Assembly (NCBI GenBank): GCA_036918135.1 | Contig: JBALDB010000039.1 | Span: 1 to 64,000, forward strand | Direction of reading: 5' to 3' | Origin: Nostoc sp. | Lineage (GTDB): Bacteria; Cyanobacteriota; Cyanobacteriia; Cyanobacteriales; Nostocaceae | Length of the DNA stretch: 64,000 nt | In this document: positions 52,384 to 61,564 of the stretch, in pieces | Numbering within the stretch: the first letter of the stretch is position 1 | Layout: every line of letters begins with the position of its first letter | Program-made: the position numbers and the translations under genes | Notes under the pieces: model-generated | Told to the model about the DNA's origin: nothing | Seen by the model: the letters and a program-made list of their open reading frames with translations, nothing else | Databases searched by the model: none

Positions 52384-53016
52384 ATGTCTTTAGAACTGAT
52401 TTCACTAGAAAACATCCAGGAAGTTGCCCACAACTACGGCTATTGGGCAATTTTTTTGGGAATTTTGCTAGAAAATTTAGGCATTCCTGTTCCAGGCGAA
52501 ACCGTAACCTTAGTGGGTGGATTTTTAGCTGGTAGCGAGGAACTGAATTTCTGGCTGGTTCTCGGTAACGCAATTATGGGTGCTGTAATTGGCGGAGTTT
52601 GTGGCTATTGGATTGGTAGAGTTAGCGGTTGGCCTTTCCTGGTAAAAGTTGGTAGCATCTTTCGGATTTCGGAAGTGCGAATGCTGAATATCAAAGAGCA
52701 ATTTAGTCAAAATAGTGCAAAAGCAATATTTGTTGGACGTTTTGTGGCATTGCTGCGGATTTTGGCTGCACCACTAGCTGGTATAGCCGAAATGCCCTTT
52801 AGGAAATTCTTTTTATACAACTTGTTAGGAGCAGTTGCTTGGGCTAGTTTAATGGTGACATTAGCTTTCTTTGCTGGCAAAATTATCTCCCTAGAACAAT
52901 TGGTTGCTTGGGCGAGTAAATTTGCGATCGTAGCATTACTGATTGTGGCAACTTTAATTTTTGTACCAGTGTGGTTAGAGTCTCGTGAAGTTAAAGAAAT
53001 GGGCAATGAGAAGTGA
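52384..53016 (+). CDS. DedA family membrane protein
   Basis: LENLGIPVPGE, GYWIGR and GRFVALLR motifs. Confidence 0.93.
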   Translation: MSLELISLENIQEVAHNYGYWAIFLGILLENLGIPVPGETVTLVGGFLAGSEELNFWLVLGNAIMGAVIGGVCGYWIGRVSGWPFLVKVGSIFRISEVRMLNIKEQFSQNSAKAIFVGRFVALLRILAAPLAGIAEMPFRKFFLYNLLGAVAWASLMVTLAFFAGKIISLEQLVAWASKFAIVALLIVATLIFVPVWLESREVKEMGNEK

Positions 53017-53140
53017 GGGAGTAGACACAAAGACGCTCTGACACACAGACGCCGCCAAAGAGGATACAGGGAATCGCTCGCAAACACTCTCTGTGTCATT
53101 GCGCCTTTAGATCGGAGCGTCTCTCACTCTTTGCGTCTTC

Positions 53141-54343
53141 CTAACTCCTAGTTAACTGCGACCAAATACGAGTTGGTAGTCCCCAAACGTAGATAAAGCC
53201 TTCAGCAGCTTTATGATCGAATCGATCTTCGGCTCCATATGTTGCCAAATCGGGACTATAGAGGGAATTATCGCTAGAGCGTCCAACTATAGTGGCATTA
53301 CCCTTAAACAACTTCACGCGCACAGTTCCAGATACTTGCTCTTGTGTCTTTTGAATAAAAGCATCCAGTGCAGCTTTGAGTGGACTGTACCACAGACCGT
53401 TATAAACGATTTGGCTATAAGTTTCTTCAATCCCACGCTTGTAATGAGTAACATCTGCTGTGAGAGTCAAACTTTCCAAATCCCTATGTGCTTGAATTAG
53501 GACTAACATCGCGGGTGATTCGTAGATTTCCCGTGATTTGATGCCTACTAGACGGTTTTCGATCATATCAATCCGTCCAATACCATGATTTCCTACAAGC
53601 TGATTGAGTTGTTCAATTAGCTCAACTGGCTTTTTGGTTGAACCATTAAGGGTGGTGGGAATACCACGATAGAAACCAATTTCGATGTACTCTGGTTCAT
53701 TGGGAGTGTGAGCGATCGCGAGGGTCATCTCATAGATTTCTTCTGGTGGCTCGAATGAGAGATCTTCGAGTAAACCAGCTTCAATACTACGACCGAGCAA
53801 ATTTTTGTCAATGCTATAGGGAGAAGATTTTTTGACTGGTGAGGGAATACCAAACTTTTCACCATAGGCGATGGTTTGCTCGCGGCTCATTCCCCATTCT
53901 CTGGCTGGTGCAAGGATCTTCAGGTTGGGGTTGAGAGCAGCAACAGAAACATCGAAGCGAACTTGATCGTTACCTTTGCCAGTACAGCCGTGAGCGATGG
54001 CATCAGCACCATATTTTTCGGCTGTTTCTACTAATACCTTGGCAATCAGCGGACGGGCAAGGGCAGTTCCTAGTGGATAACGATTTTCATAAAGGGCGTT
54101 AGCTTGAATTGCTCCAAAAGCGTAATCTTTAACGAAGCTGTCTTTAACATCCGCTACTAAGGATTCACTTGCACCTGATTTGAGAGCTTTTTCTCTGATT
54201 GGCTCTAATTCATCTCCCTGACCCAAATCTGCTGCTAGGGTAATCACCTCTTCCACACCCCACTCATGTTTCAGGTAAGGAATGCAAACAGAGGTATCTA
54301 CTCCGCCAGAATATGCCAGAACAACCTTTTTGGCGCGACCCAT
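53141..54343 (-). CDS. argG: argininosuccinate synthase
   Basis: [10 protein letters not shown] and [13 protein letters not shown] motifs. Confidence 0.99.
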   Translation of the reverse strand: MGRAKKVVLAYSGGVDTSVCIPYLKHEWGVEEVITLAADLGQGDELEPIREKALKSGASESLVADVKDSFVKDYAFGAIQANALYENRYPLGTALARPLIAKVLVETAEKYGADAIAHGCTGKGNDQVRFDVSVAALNPNLKILAPAREWGMSREQTIAYGEKFGIPSPVKKSSPYSIDKNLLGRSIEAGLLEDLSFEPPEEIYEMTLAIAHTPNEPEYIEIGFYRGIPTTLNGSTKKPVELIEQLNQLVGNHGIGRIDMIENRLVGIKSREIYESPAMLVLIQAHRDLESLTLTADVTHYKRGIEETYSQIVYNGLWYSPLKAALDAFIQKTQEQVSGTVRVKLFKGNATIVGRSSDNSLYSPDLATYGAEDRFDHKAAEGFIYVWGLPTRIWSQLTRS

Positions 54344-54611
54344 TAATTTCTCCAGTTAGGAAAACAAAGAATGAGTAATTATTATATCGAAACTAATCCA
54401 TATATACTTTCTTCATGCAACAACCTATAGCAGGAGTTAGGAGTTAGAATTCAGATCCCAGTCTGCTCATAAAGCGATCGAATATTTTTTGAGCTGGTTT
54501 TGAACGAAGATCATCTTTTGTTGGTTATTTCTTAACCTATATACATTGGTTCAAAGCTTATTTAAGTGAAACTACAAAATTATTCATTTTTGAGCTTTGG
54601 AGTATTTTCTG

Positions 54612-55172
54612 ATGAAATTAGCTAAAAATATTAGCATTGCTGCTTTTGCAGTTACCATCTTAGTTGCTGCTGTTGCTAAACCAACACAAGCCGCCTTGGT
54701 TAATTACGGTTTCACCGTGAATGCGACATCTGGCGATAATCCCGGTCAATATTTTGGCTCTTTTCAATATGATGACTCGACTTTAACCGGGATAGGTGAG
54801 GAAAATCTAGGGGTTAGTAATGGATTATCCATTTTGTTTGACTACTTGGGTACTCAGTATACGCAGGCAAGTGATTTTGATTACCCAGCATCTCCTATAG
54901 TCAGTTTTACAAATGGCAATCTGTCAGGACTGAGTTATTTGGTTGAAGATCAATTTTTTATTGGTAACGATCCGGGTAATGCAAATACAGGAGGAACAAA
55001 ATTTTATAGCATTCTCAGTGCTGACTTATTGTCTACAACAGAGGTGGGTACAGTGACCTACACTAAGAGTACATCCGTACCGGAACCGATGACTGTTGGT
55101 AGTATAACGATCGCCACTGCTATGGGCTTGGGAATGAAGCGCAAGAAAAAAGTATCTGGACTAGCAAACTAA
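54612..55172 (+). CDS. PEP-CTERM sorting-domain protein
   Basis: Signal peptide; C-terminal VPEP, hydrophobic stretch and KRKKK. Confidence 0.9.
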   Translation: MKLAKNISIAAFAVTILVAAVAKPTQAALVNYGFTVNATSGDNPGQYFGSFQYDDSTLTGIGEENLGVSNGLSILFDYLGTQYTQASDFDYPASPIVSFTNGNLSGLSYLVEDQFFIGNDPGNANTGGTKFYSILSADLLSTTEVGTVTYTKSTSVPEPMTVGSITIATAMGLGMKRKKKVSGLAN

Positions 55173-55190
55173 AGTTAGCGTGAAAATTAA

Positions 55191-55221
55191 CGTAGAGACG
55201 TTATCATTTAACGCCTCTATA
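55191..55221. repeat. short GTAG-type palindromic repeat between convergent genes
   Basis: gtagagacgtt...aacgcctctac. Confidence 0.65.
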
Positions 55222-55230
55222 CATATACTT

Positions 55231-57591
55231 CTAAGTAAAACTACCAGTAGGATTCTTACGTCTGATGGCAATCACAGATGGTTTGGGAAGACCTTTAGGT
55301 TGACCCTTACCACCGTCATTGATTGGGATGTTAGTTGGCCAACTACTGCCACGAGGTACAGTACGAGACTGATTGAATGTAATACCATTCAAATCCAGTA
55401 TTTCAATATCACGACTCAGTATCGTACCATCGTTGACTGGGCTATCTTCGCCGGGATGCTGTACCGAAATAATCAGAGTGTCTTCCACAAAAGTTGGGCC
55501 AGTCATCTCACAGCGTACTGGGCCTTGAGCAAAAGGTATTAGCTCTCCTGCATGAGTACCAGTAGTAGGAATGTAAAATAGCCAGTTATTACCGAAAACT
55601 CCTGTCAAGTTGGAAACATTACCACTGGCTGTATGGTCGATGATAGTTACAGTGCCGGCTGCACCGACATTAAAACCATTATGAGTAGTGGTAGACATAT
55701 CCGTCACACCCCAAATATTTGCCTTATTGTCGAACACTAGGTTATCCACATTGGCAAAACCAGCACCAGAAATAGATCCGGCTTCTCCTCCTTGGGCAAA
55801 TCTCTGCCAATGGAATGTTAGACCTGTACCATCAGCACTATCTTCAATAATCTTGTACAATCCTCCTGATTGCTGCGTTGCGTTTGGATCTTTACTTAAC
55901 TTGGCAACCTGGAAAATCCGGGAATCTGGATAACCGTCGCTTCCCGGCGCACCATCAGTATAGGAAATGAACACTTCTTTGGTAATTGGATGCACTTCTA
56001 AATCTTCTGGACGTGCGGTGGGAGTGCCACCGGCCAAGTTGGCTGCTAAGAAAGCATCAGCGAGAATAGCACCTTGGGAAGGGTAGAAATCAGATAGCTT
56101 TTTATTTTGATAAGCAGGTAGTATATTTGCTTCATTGGTGCGATCAACTGCGAGGAAACCACCATCTGTGGTTTGACCTGCAATTCCATTACGTTTTGGT
56201 AGGGGTAAAAGACCATTTCTTTGAGCCGAACCCAAAGCGGCAAACTCTACAGAAGAAATTACTGATGGTGCAATGGGATTGGTGGGACTGTTTAAATTTA
56301 AGGGTATCCATTGACCCGTACCATTTGGATTGTAGCGGGCAACATATAAAGTACCACTTTCCCACAAACTGCTGTTGGCTTTACTGGTTGGTGAAGAAAT
56401 CACACCTGCACTGACAAATTTCCAGGTGTGTCCCCCACGCCTATCATCACCCATGTAGGCGATTAATGGTTTCCCAGCTTCGGCACGGATGGCGACGTTT
56501 TCATGGCGGAAACGACCCAATGAAGTATGTTTGCGAGGGCGGAAATTCGGATTAACGGGGTCAATTTCCACAATCCAACCGTATTTTTCCCCGACTAAGC
56601 CGAAGGTTTTACCTGTGGTACCATCGGTATAACCTGTTTGAGTACCATTAGGGTTGACTGATTCTGTAACACCAACGAAAGCTGCTGCACTTCCTTGGAA
56701 GTTTTCTTCACCACTTAAAATAGTTCCCCAAGGAGTTGTACCACCAGAACAGTTAAAGGCAGTGCCAATAATTTTGTTACCTAGTCCATCAGAGGAGAGG
56801 TTAAATACTTGGGTAGCGGCTGGACCAGTTGCGATTAAATAATTTTGGTCGCCTTTTTGGTAGCTGCGACTTCCCCAAGAGGTGACATTTTTATATTCAT
56901 CAGTTCTTTGGCTATTAATTCCCAACCCAGATAGACCGTGAAGGCGGCGATTTCTCACATCACCTTTAACCACAGCATAACGGTTATTAGAATTACGGCT
57001 GGAGATGCGGACGATTGAACCGCCTAAGTTATATAAAGCTTCCCCGTCAAATTCAATACCTCTGGTCGCAGGTAAAGCCCAGCCAATAACTGATTCAAAG
57101 GTGGTAGACAATCCTTTAACATCAGCTGGGGCTTCTGGTGCTAGATCGGAAAAAGGAAAACTGATGTATTCGTGATTGACCCACAAATAGCCTACGTCGT
57201 TGGTTCTACCAAGGGGAATAAAACCCGTATAATCGTTGTTATAGCCGAAATAATCATCGCTGTTGGGAAATACGCGATCGCCCCAGCTGACAATTACATA
57301 ACGGTCGTACTCTGGTGGCACTACTACATCATCAACTACATTGTAGCTATTTAACTTCGTGTTTGCAGATGCATTGAGTATCTGTCCCTGACCAATTCCC
57401 GTTGGCAAGAAACTTTTCTGCTGTTTATAAACAGATAAGGAATGGGGTAAGCGCACTGGTGTAAAGCTCAGTGGCTTGTTGCTTGCTCCAGCAATACTAG
57501 AAACACCATCTATAATTGTGTCTCCCAACACAGCCGCACCAGCACTGCCAGCAAAAAATACTAAAATTTGTCTGCGACTTAATTTAGACAT
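55231..57591 (-). CDS. phoX: PhoX-family alkaline phosphatase (Tat-exported)
   Basis: SRRQIL Tat signal; NHEY, NCSGG.TPWGT.LSGEEN, GRFRHE, RPED and VQHPGE motifs. Confidence 0.93.
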   Translation of the reverse strand: MSKLSRRQILVFFAGSAGAAVLGDTIIDGVSSIAGASNKPLSFTPVRLPHSLSVYKQQKSFLPTGIGQGQILNASANTKLNSYNVVDDVVVPPEYDRYVIVSWGDRVFPNSDDYFGYNNDYTGFIPLGRTNDVGYLWVNHEYISFPFSDLAPEAPADVKGLSTTFESVIGWALPATRGIEFDGEALYNLGGSIVRISSRNSNNRYAVVKGDVRNRRLHGLSGLGINSQRTDEYKNVTSWGSRSYQKGDQNYLIATGPAATQVFNLSSDGLGNKIIGTAFNCSGGTTPWGTILSGEENFQGSAAAFVGVTESVNPNGTQTGYTDGTTGKTFGLVGEKYGWIVEIDPVNPNFRPRKHTSLGRFRHENVAIRAEAGKPLIAYMGDDRRGGHTWKFVSAGVISSPTSKANSSLWESGTLYVARYNPNGTGQWIPLNLNSPTNPIAPSVISSVEFAALGSAQRNGLLPLPKRNGIAGQTTDGGFLAVDRTNEANILPAYQNKKLSDFYPSQGAILADAFLAANLAGGTPTARPEDLEVHPITKEVFISYTDGAPGSDGYPDSRIFQVAKLSKDPNATQQSGGLYKIIEDSADGTGLTFHWQRFAQGGEAGSISGAGFANVDNLVFDNKANIWGVTDMSTTTHNGFNVGAAGTVTIIDHTASGNVSNLTGVFGNNWLFYIPTTGTHAGELIPFAQGPVRCEMTGPTFVEDTLIISVQHPGEDSPVNDGTILSRDIEILDLNGITFNQSRTVPRGSSWPTNIPINDGGKGQPKGLPKPSVIAIRRKNPTGSFT

Positions 57592-57789
57592 CAAACTCTC
57601 CTCTCTTATGACATAAAAAATCTTGTAAAGGCAAATCTTGATTAATGACAGAAAAAGCCATCAATTCTTGACGTGAAATGCCACAGATTTTGAATAGTCA
57701 ATAACCTGTTCTTAACAAAAGCTTGTTAGCTATTTAGGTCACTTAACTAGACAAAATTTTTTCAGTTTGTCACATAATCTAATGAGCAA

Positions 57790-57819
57790 AAATTAACGCC
57801 AGGTTATATCTTGATTAAT
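57790..57819 (-). promoter_or_regulatory. probable Pho box (SphR) upstream of phoX
   Basis: On the - strand, ATTAATCA-aga-TATAACCT-ggc-GTTAATTT: three 8-mers at an 11-bp period resembling CTTAACCT. Confidence 0.55.
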
Positions 57820-57918
57820 GGAGATTTATTCTCTAATTGACTCAAGTCTAGGAAATTTCAGAATCAGAAGTTATCAGGTAAGGAACAGAGTCAGTGCCCC
57901 ATCTGTCCTATCCTGGAG

Positions 57919-58878
57919 ATGGGTAAATGTGTTGTGGGTGAGACTGTGTTTTTCAGCGTTGTGATACCGACTTATAATCGTCAACCGATTTTAGAAAAGT
58001 GCCTCCGCGCCTTGGAGGTGCAGGAGTTGAGTCAGCCAAGTTCGGTTACTGATTACGAGATTGTCTTGGTAGATGATGGTTCTACTGATGGCACATTGGA
58101 GTGGTTAGCAGCACACAAAGAAGAGTTTCCTCATGTGCGCTGGTTTGAGCAAGATCATGCTGGCCCAGCTGCGGCTCGGAATTTAGGAGTAGAGAAGGCG
58201 CAGGGAGACACAATTATCTTTATTGATAGTGATTTAGTAGTGCTGAAGAATTTCCTACAAGCTCATACTGATGCACTAGTGCAAGGGAAAGAGAAATTAG
58301 GAAGCGATCGCTTTTTCACTTACGGTGCAGTTATTAATACTTGTAATTTCAACAACCCAACTGCTGAACCTTACAAAGTCACAGATTTTTCAGCAGCTTT
58401 TTTTGCTACGGGAAATGTAGCAATCCCTAAACATTGGTTAGATAAAGCCGGACTTTTTGATACTAGTTTTCAACTCTACGGCTGGGAAGATTTAGAATTA
58501 GGTGTGCGGCTAAAAAAACTAGGTTTGACACTAATTAAATGTCCAGGAGCCGTAGGATACCACTGGCATCCAGCATTTAACTTAGAGCAAATTCCCCGAT
58601 TGATTGACCAAGAAATTCAACGCGGACGTATGGGAGTTTTGTTTTATCAAAAGCATCCCACATGGGAAGTGCGAATGATGATTCAAATGACTTGGCTGCA
58701 TCGCTTACTTTGGGGAATTTTGTCACTTAATGGTGCGTTAAATGAACGGACAATGGCTCCATTTTTGCAATGGCTAATTAATTTAGGTAAACCGCAATTA
58801 GCTTTAGAAATTGCTCGAATTTTTCTCAACTGGTACAACGTAAAAGGTGTTTATGAGGCCTATGCCGAAATGCAGTAA
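57919..58878 (+). CDS. glycosyltransferase family 2
   Basis: SVVIPTYNR, VDDGSTDGT, FIDSD and GWEDLELG motifs. Confidence 0.93.
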   Translation: MGKCVVGETVFFSVVIPTYNRQPILEKCLRALEVQELSQPSSVTDYEIVLVDDGSTDGTLEWLAAHKEEFPHVRWFEQDHAGPAAARNLGVEKAQGDTIIFIDSDLVVLKNFLQAHTDALVQGKEKLGSDRFFTYGAVINTCNFNNPTAEPYKVTDFSAAFFATGNVAIPKHWLDKAGLFDTSFQLYGWEDLELGVRLKKLGLTLIKCPGAVGYHWHPAFNLEQIPRLIDQEIQRGRMGVLFYQKHPTWEVRMMIQMTWLHRLLWGILSLNGALNERTMAPFLQWLINLGKPQLALEIARIFLNWYNVKGVYEAYAEMQ

Positions 58879-59091
58879 GCATCGGGATTGAAAAGTGAGG
58901 TATTAAATTAGCTATCAACAATTGTATTGATTCTTATTATAAAAATAGGATTGCGATCACTCTAGCTGTATGCAAATCTCAGCGCCGCGATCAAGTCTGG
59001 AATGCTCGCTAGCTGGATTGTATAAGGTACTCATGATAACCTAAGTATTAACCACAATAATAGAAAATTGTAGCAAGATAGAGAGTCACAG

Positions 59092-61407
59092 ATGGCTAAG
59101 GTAGCATTGCTGATTGGGGTTGGCGAATATGGAAATGGTCTTTCTCCCTTACCTGCGGCTCCCAAGGATGTGGAAGCGATGCGCCAAGTATTGGAAAATC
59201 CTGAAATTGGCAGTTTTGATCAAGTGACACCGCTGATTAATCCTGAGCGACAAGCGATGGAGGAAGCAATTTATAGATTGTTTGCAAATCGTAAAAAAGA
59301 TGATCTCCTGCTACTTTTTTTCTCTGGTCATGGAGTGAAAGATGATAGTGGCAATCTTTATTTGGCTGCTCATAATACCCGCAAAGAACAAGAAACACTC
59401 GTTCAACCTACAGCGGTAGCAGCGAGTTATGTACAAAATATTATGAGCAGTAGCCGCTCGAAGCGACAAGTAGTGATTCTGGATTGTTGCTTCAGCGGCG
59501 CTTTTGCCCAAGGAATGACGGTCAAAGATGATGGTTCTGTGCCTGTCAAGCAACAATTAGGTGGAGAAGGACGAGCTGTTCTCACATCTAGTACCTCAAC
59601 TCAGTATTCTTTAGAGAGTCAGCGTTTCGACCTCTCAGTTTATACGCATTTTTTAGTTGAAGGTATTAAAACTGGAATAGCAGATAAAGATCAAGATGAA
59701 GCAGTTTCTATTGATGAGTTGCACGAATATGCTAGCGAAAAAGTACAAGAAACTGCTCCTGGCAAAATGAAGCCTGAAATCTATCCAATTAGAGAAGGCA
59801 GTAAGATAGTACTGGCTAAAGTGCGAGTTGAAGATCCAAAGCTGAAATATCGCCAAGATGTTGAGTATCGCCTCAAAGACGGTAATATTCCCCCTATTGC
59901 CCGCAAATTGCTAGACCTCAAACGAGATACTTTGCAACTAACTCCTGAAGAAGCTGCTGTCATTGAAGCAGAAGTTCTCAAACCGTATCGAGAGTACGAG
60001 GCAAAATTACAGCAATACGAGCAGGTGTTATCTGAAGCAATTCAAGCTGAAAATCCTATAAGTAACTACACTCGCAGCCACTTAAAAGACTATCAAGAAT
60101 TTTGGGGACTTAAAGATGAGGATGTAGTATCGATTGAAGCGCGAATTATTCCAGACAGAGAATCGACTAATAGCAATCAAAATGCATTTTCAACTGAAGC
60201 ATTTAGCTTTAAAGTAAATAATATTGATACCCCTAACAGCGTTATTTCTAATATTCAAGGCAAACCAACCACAAAATCCAGTTCTACAGAATCTCTAATT
60301 GATGACTTCAGCGCTACGCCAACAACAGACTGTACTCAACTACGAGACTTGTTAGTAGCAGGTAAGTGGAAAGAAGCAGATCGTAAAACTAGGGCTATTA
60401 TGCTTAAGTTATCTGGTCGTGAACAAGAAGGCAATCTCCGATCAGAGGATTGTAGACAATTATTATGTGAAAGCATAAGTGAAATTGATCAACTTTGGGT
60501 TAAATACAGCAACGGGCGTTTTGGTTTTAGTGTGCAACAGCGTATTTGGCAAAGTATTGGAGGAAGCAAAAGTGCGGGATACGACACTTTTAAGAGTTTT
60601 GGCGATCGCGTCAGCTGGTCTATAGAAGGAAACTGGAGAAGTCAGAATAATCTAATCTTCAGCTTGAACGCTGCTGATGGACATCTCCCATATTGCAGAG
60701 AATGGTTGAATTGGGGTTATTCTAATACGGTAGTGCATCGATTTTCTGCACTCATATCAAGACTTGAGGAGTGCGGGATTAAACCTGCTATTGTTAGTAC
60801 TGAACCTAATCTCAAGCTAGAAAGTCTAGATGCTACTATTATTTCTCCACAACAATTAAACTACCCTCAACTCTCTGTATCACAGCCTCAATCAAATTTT
60901 GCAAAAGTTTCTCAGCACAAAAATAAATTATATGTAGTGGGAGCATTACTGTTATTTGGCTTCATGGGATATTCAATATATCTATCTTTAGAGAATCTAG
61001 AGAAACCATCTATATCTAAACTCAATAAACAACTATTTGCTAAGAATTGGCGTGATGCAGATCAAACCACTTCTAATCTCATACGCCAGTTTTCTGGAAC
61101 ACAAGCAGGCTATATTACAAGTATAAACAGCAACAATATTAAATGCGGATATTTAATAGAGATAAATAACCTTTGGGAACAGTCCAGCCGTAACTTCGGT
61201 TTTCAGAAGCAACGGAATATTTGGGAAAAAGTCAAACATAACCAAAGTGAATTTGAAAAGAAGATTGACTGGTATGGTAAAAAGAACAGTGACCTTATAT
61301 TTAACGAGACAGCACCTGTGGGGCATCTACCTGCTGCTGGAAGGATATTCTATAGTACAAAAGATTATACAAACAAACTTGAAGAATGTTTCAAAGCACA
61401 AAAATAG
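59092..61407 (+). CDS. caspase-like (C14) protease fused to GUN4-like domain, TM helix and second GUN4-like domain
   Basis: FSGHG and LDCCFSG dyad; WKEAD..T...IDQLW.KYSNGRFGFSVQ...GHLP occurs twice, separated by a TM helix. Confidence 0.88.
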   Translation: MAKVALLIGVGEYGNGLSPLPAAPKDVEAMRQVLENPEIGSFDQVTPLINPERQAMEEAIYRLFANRKKDDLLLLFFSGHGVKDDSGNLYLAAHNTRKEQETLVQPTAVAASYVQNIMSSSRSKRQVVILDCCFSGAFAQGMTVKDDGSVPVKQQLGGEGRAVLTSSTSTQYSLESQRFDLSVYTHFLVEGIKTGIADKDQDEAVSIDELHEYASEKVQETAPGKMKPEIYPIREGSKIVLAKVRVEDPKLKYRQDVEYRLKDGNIPPIARKLLDLKRDTLQLTPEEAAVIEAEVLKPYREYEAKLQQYEQVLSEAIQAENPISNYTRSHLKDYQEFWGLKDEDVVSIEARIIPDRESTNSNQNAFSTEAFSFKVNNIDTPNSVISNIQGKPTTKSSSTESLIDDFSATPTTDCTQLRDLLVAGKWKEADRKTRAIMLKLSGREQEGNLRSEDCRQLLCESISEIDQLWVKYSNGRFGFSVQQRIWQSIGGSKSAGYDTFKSFGDRVSWSIEGNWRSQNNLIFSLNAADGHLPYCREWLNWGYSNTVVHRFSALISRLEECGIKPAIVSTEPNLKLESLDATIISPQQLNYPQLSVSQPQSNFAKVSQHKNKLYVVGALLLFGFMGYSIYLSLENLEKPSISKLNKQLFAKNWRDADQTTSNLIRQFSGTQAGYITSINSNNIKCGYLIEINNLWEQSSRNFGFQKQRNIWEKVKHNQSEFEKKIDWYGKKNSDLIFNETAPVGHLPAAGRIFYSTKDYTNKLEECFKAQK

Positions 61408-61564
61408 AGGATTTTTATAGTTTTCACTATAAAAAATTTTCTATACAGCTTGACCTAAACTATGTATAACATTGCCATATTCCCCAGTTTCATCTGGGCT
61501 TCTAACTAAATTTTTAGGAAAGATAGGTGTATCTAGTCACTGTTTATCATTAAGACAAGATATA

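Noticed and set aside
4620..61407. Functional link between chlH and the GUN4-like caspase
   Set aside because: They are about 50 kb apart, and GUN4-like fusions are common in these genomes.
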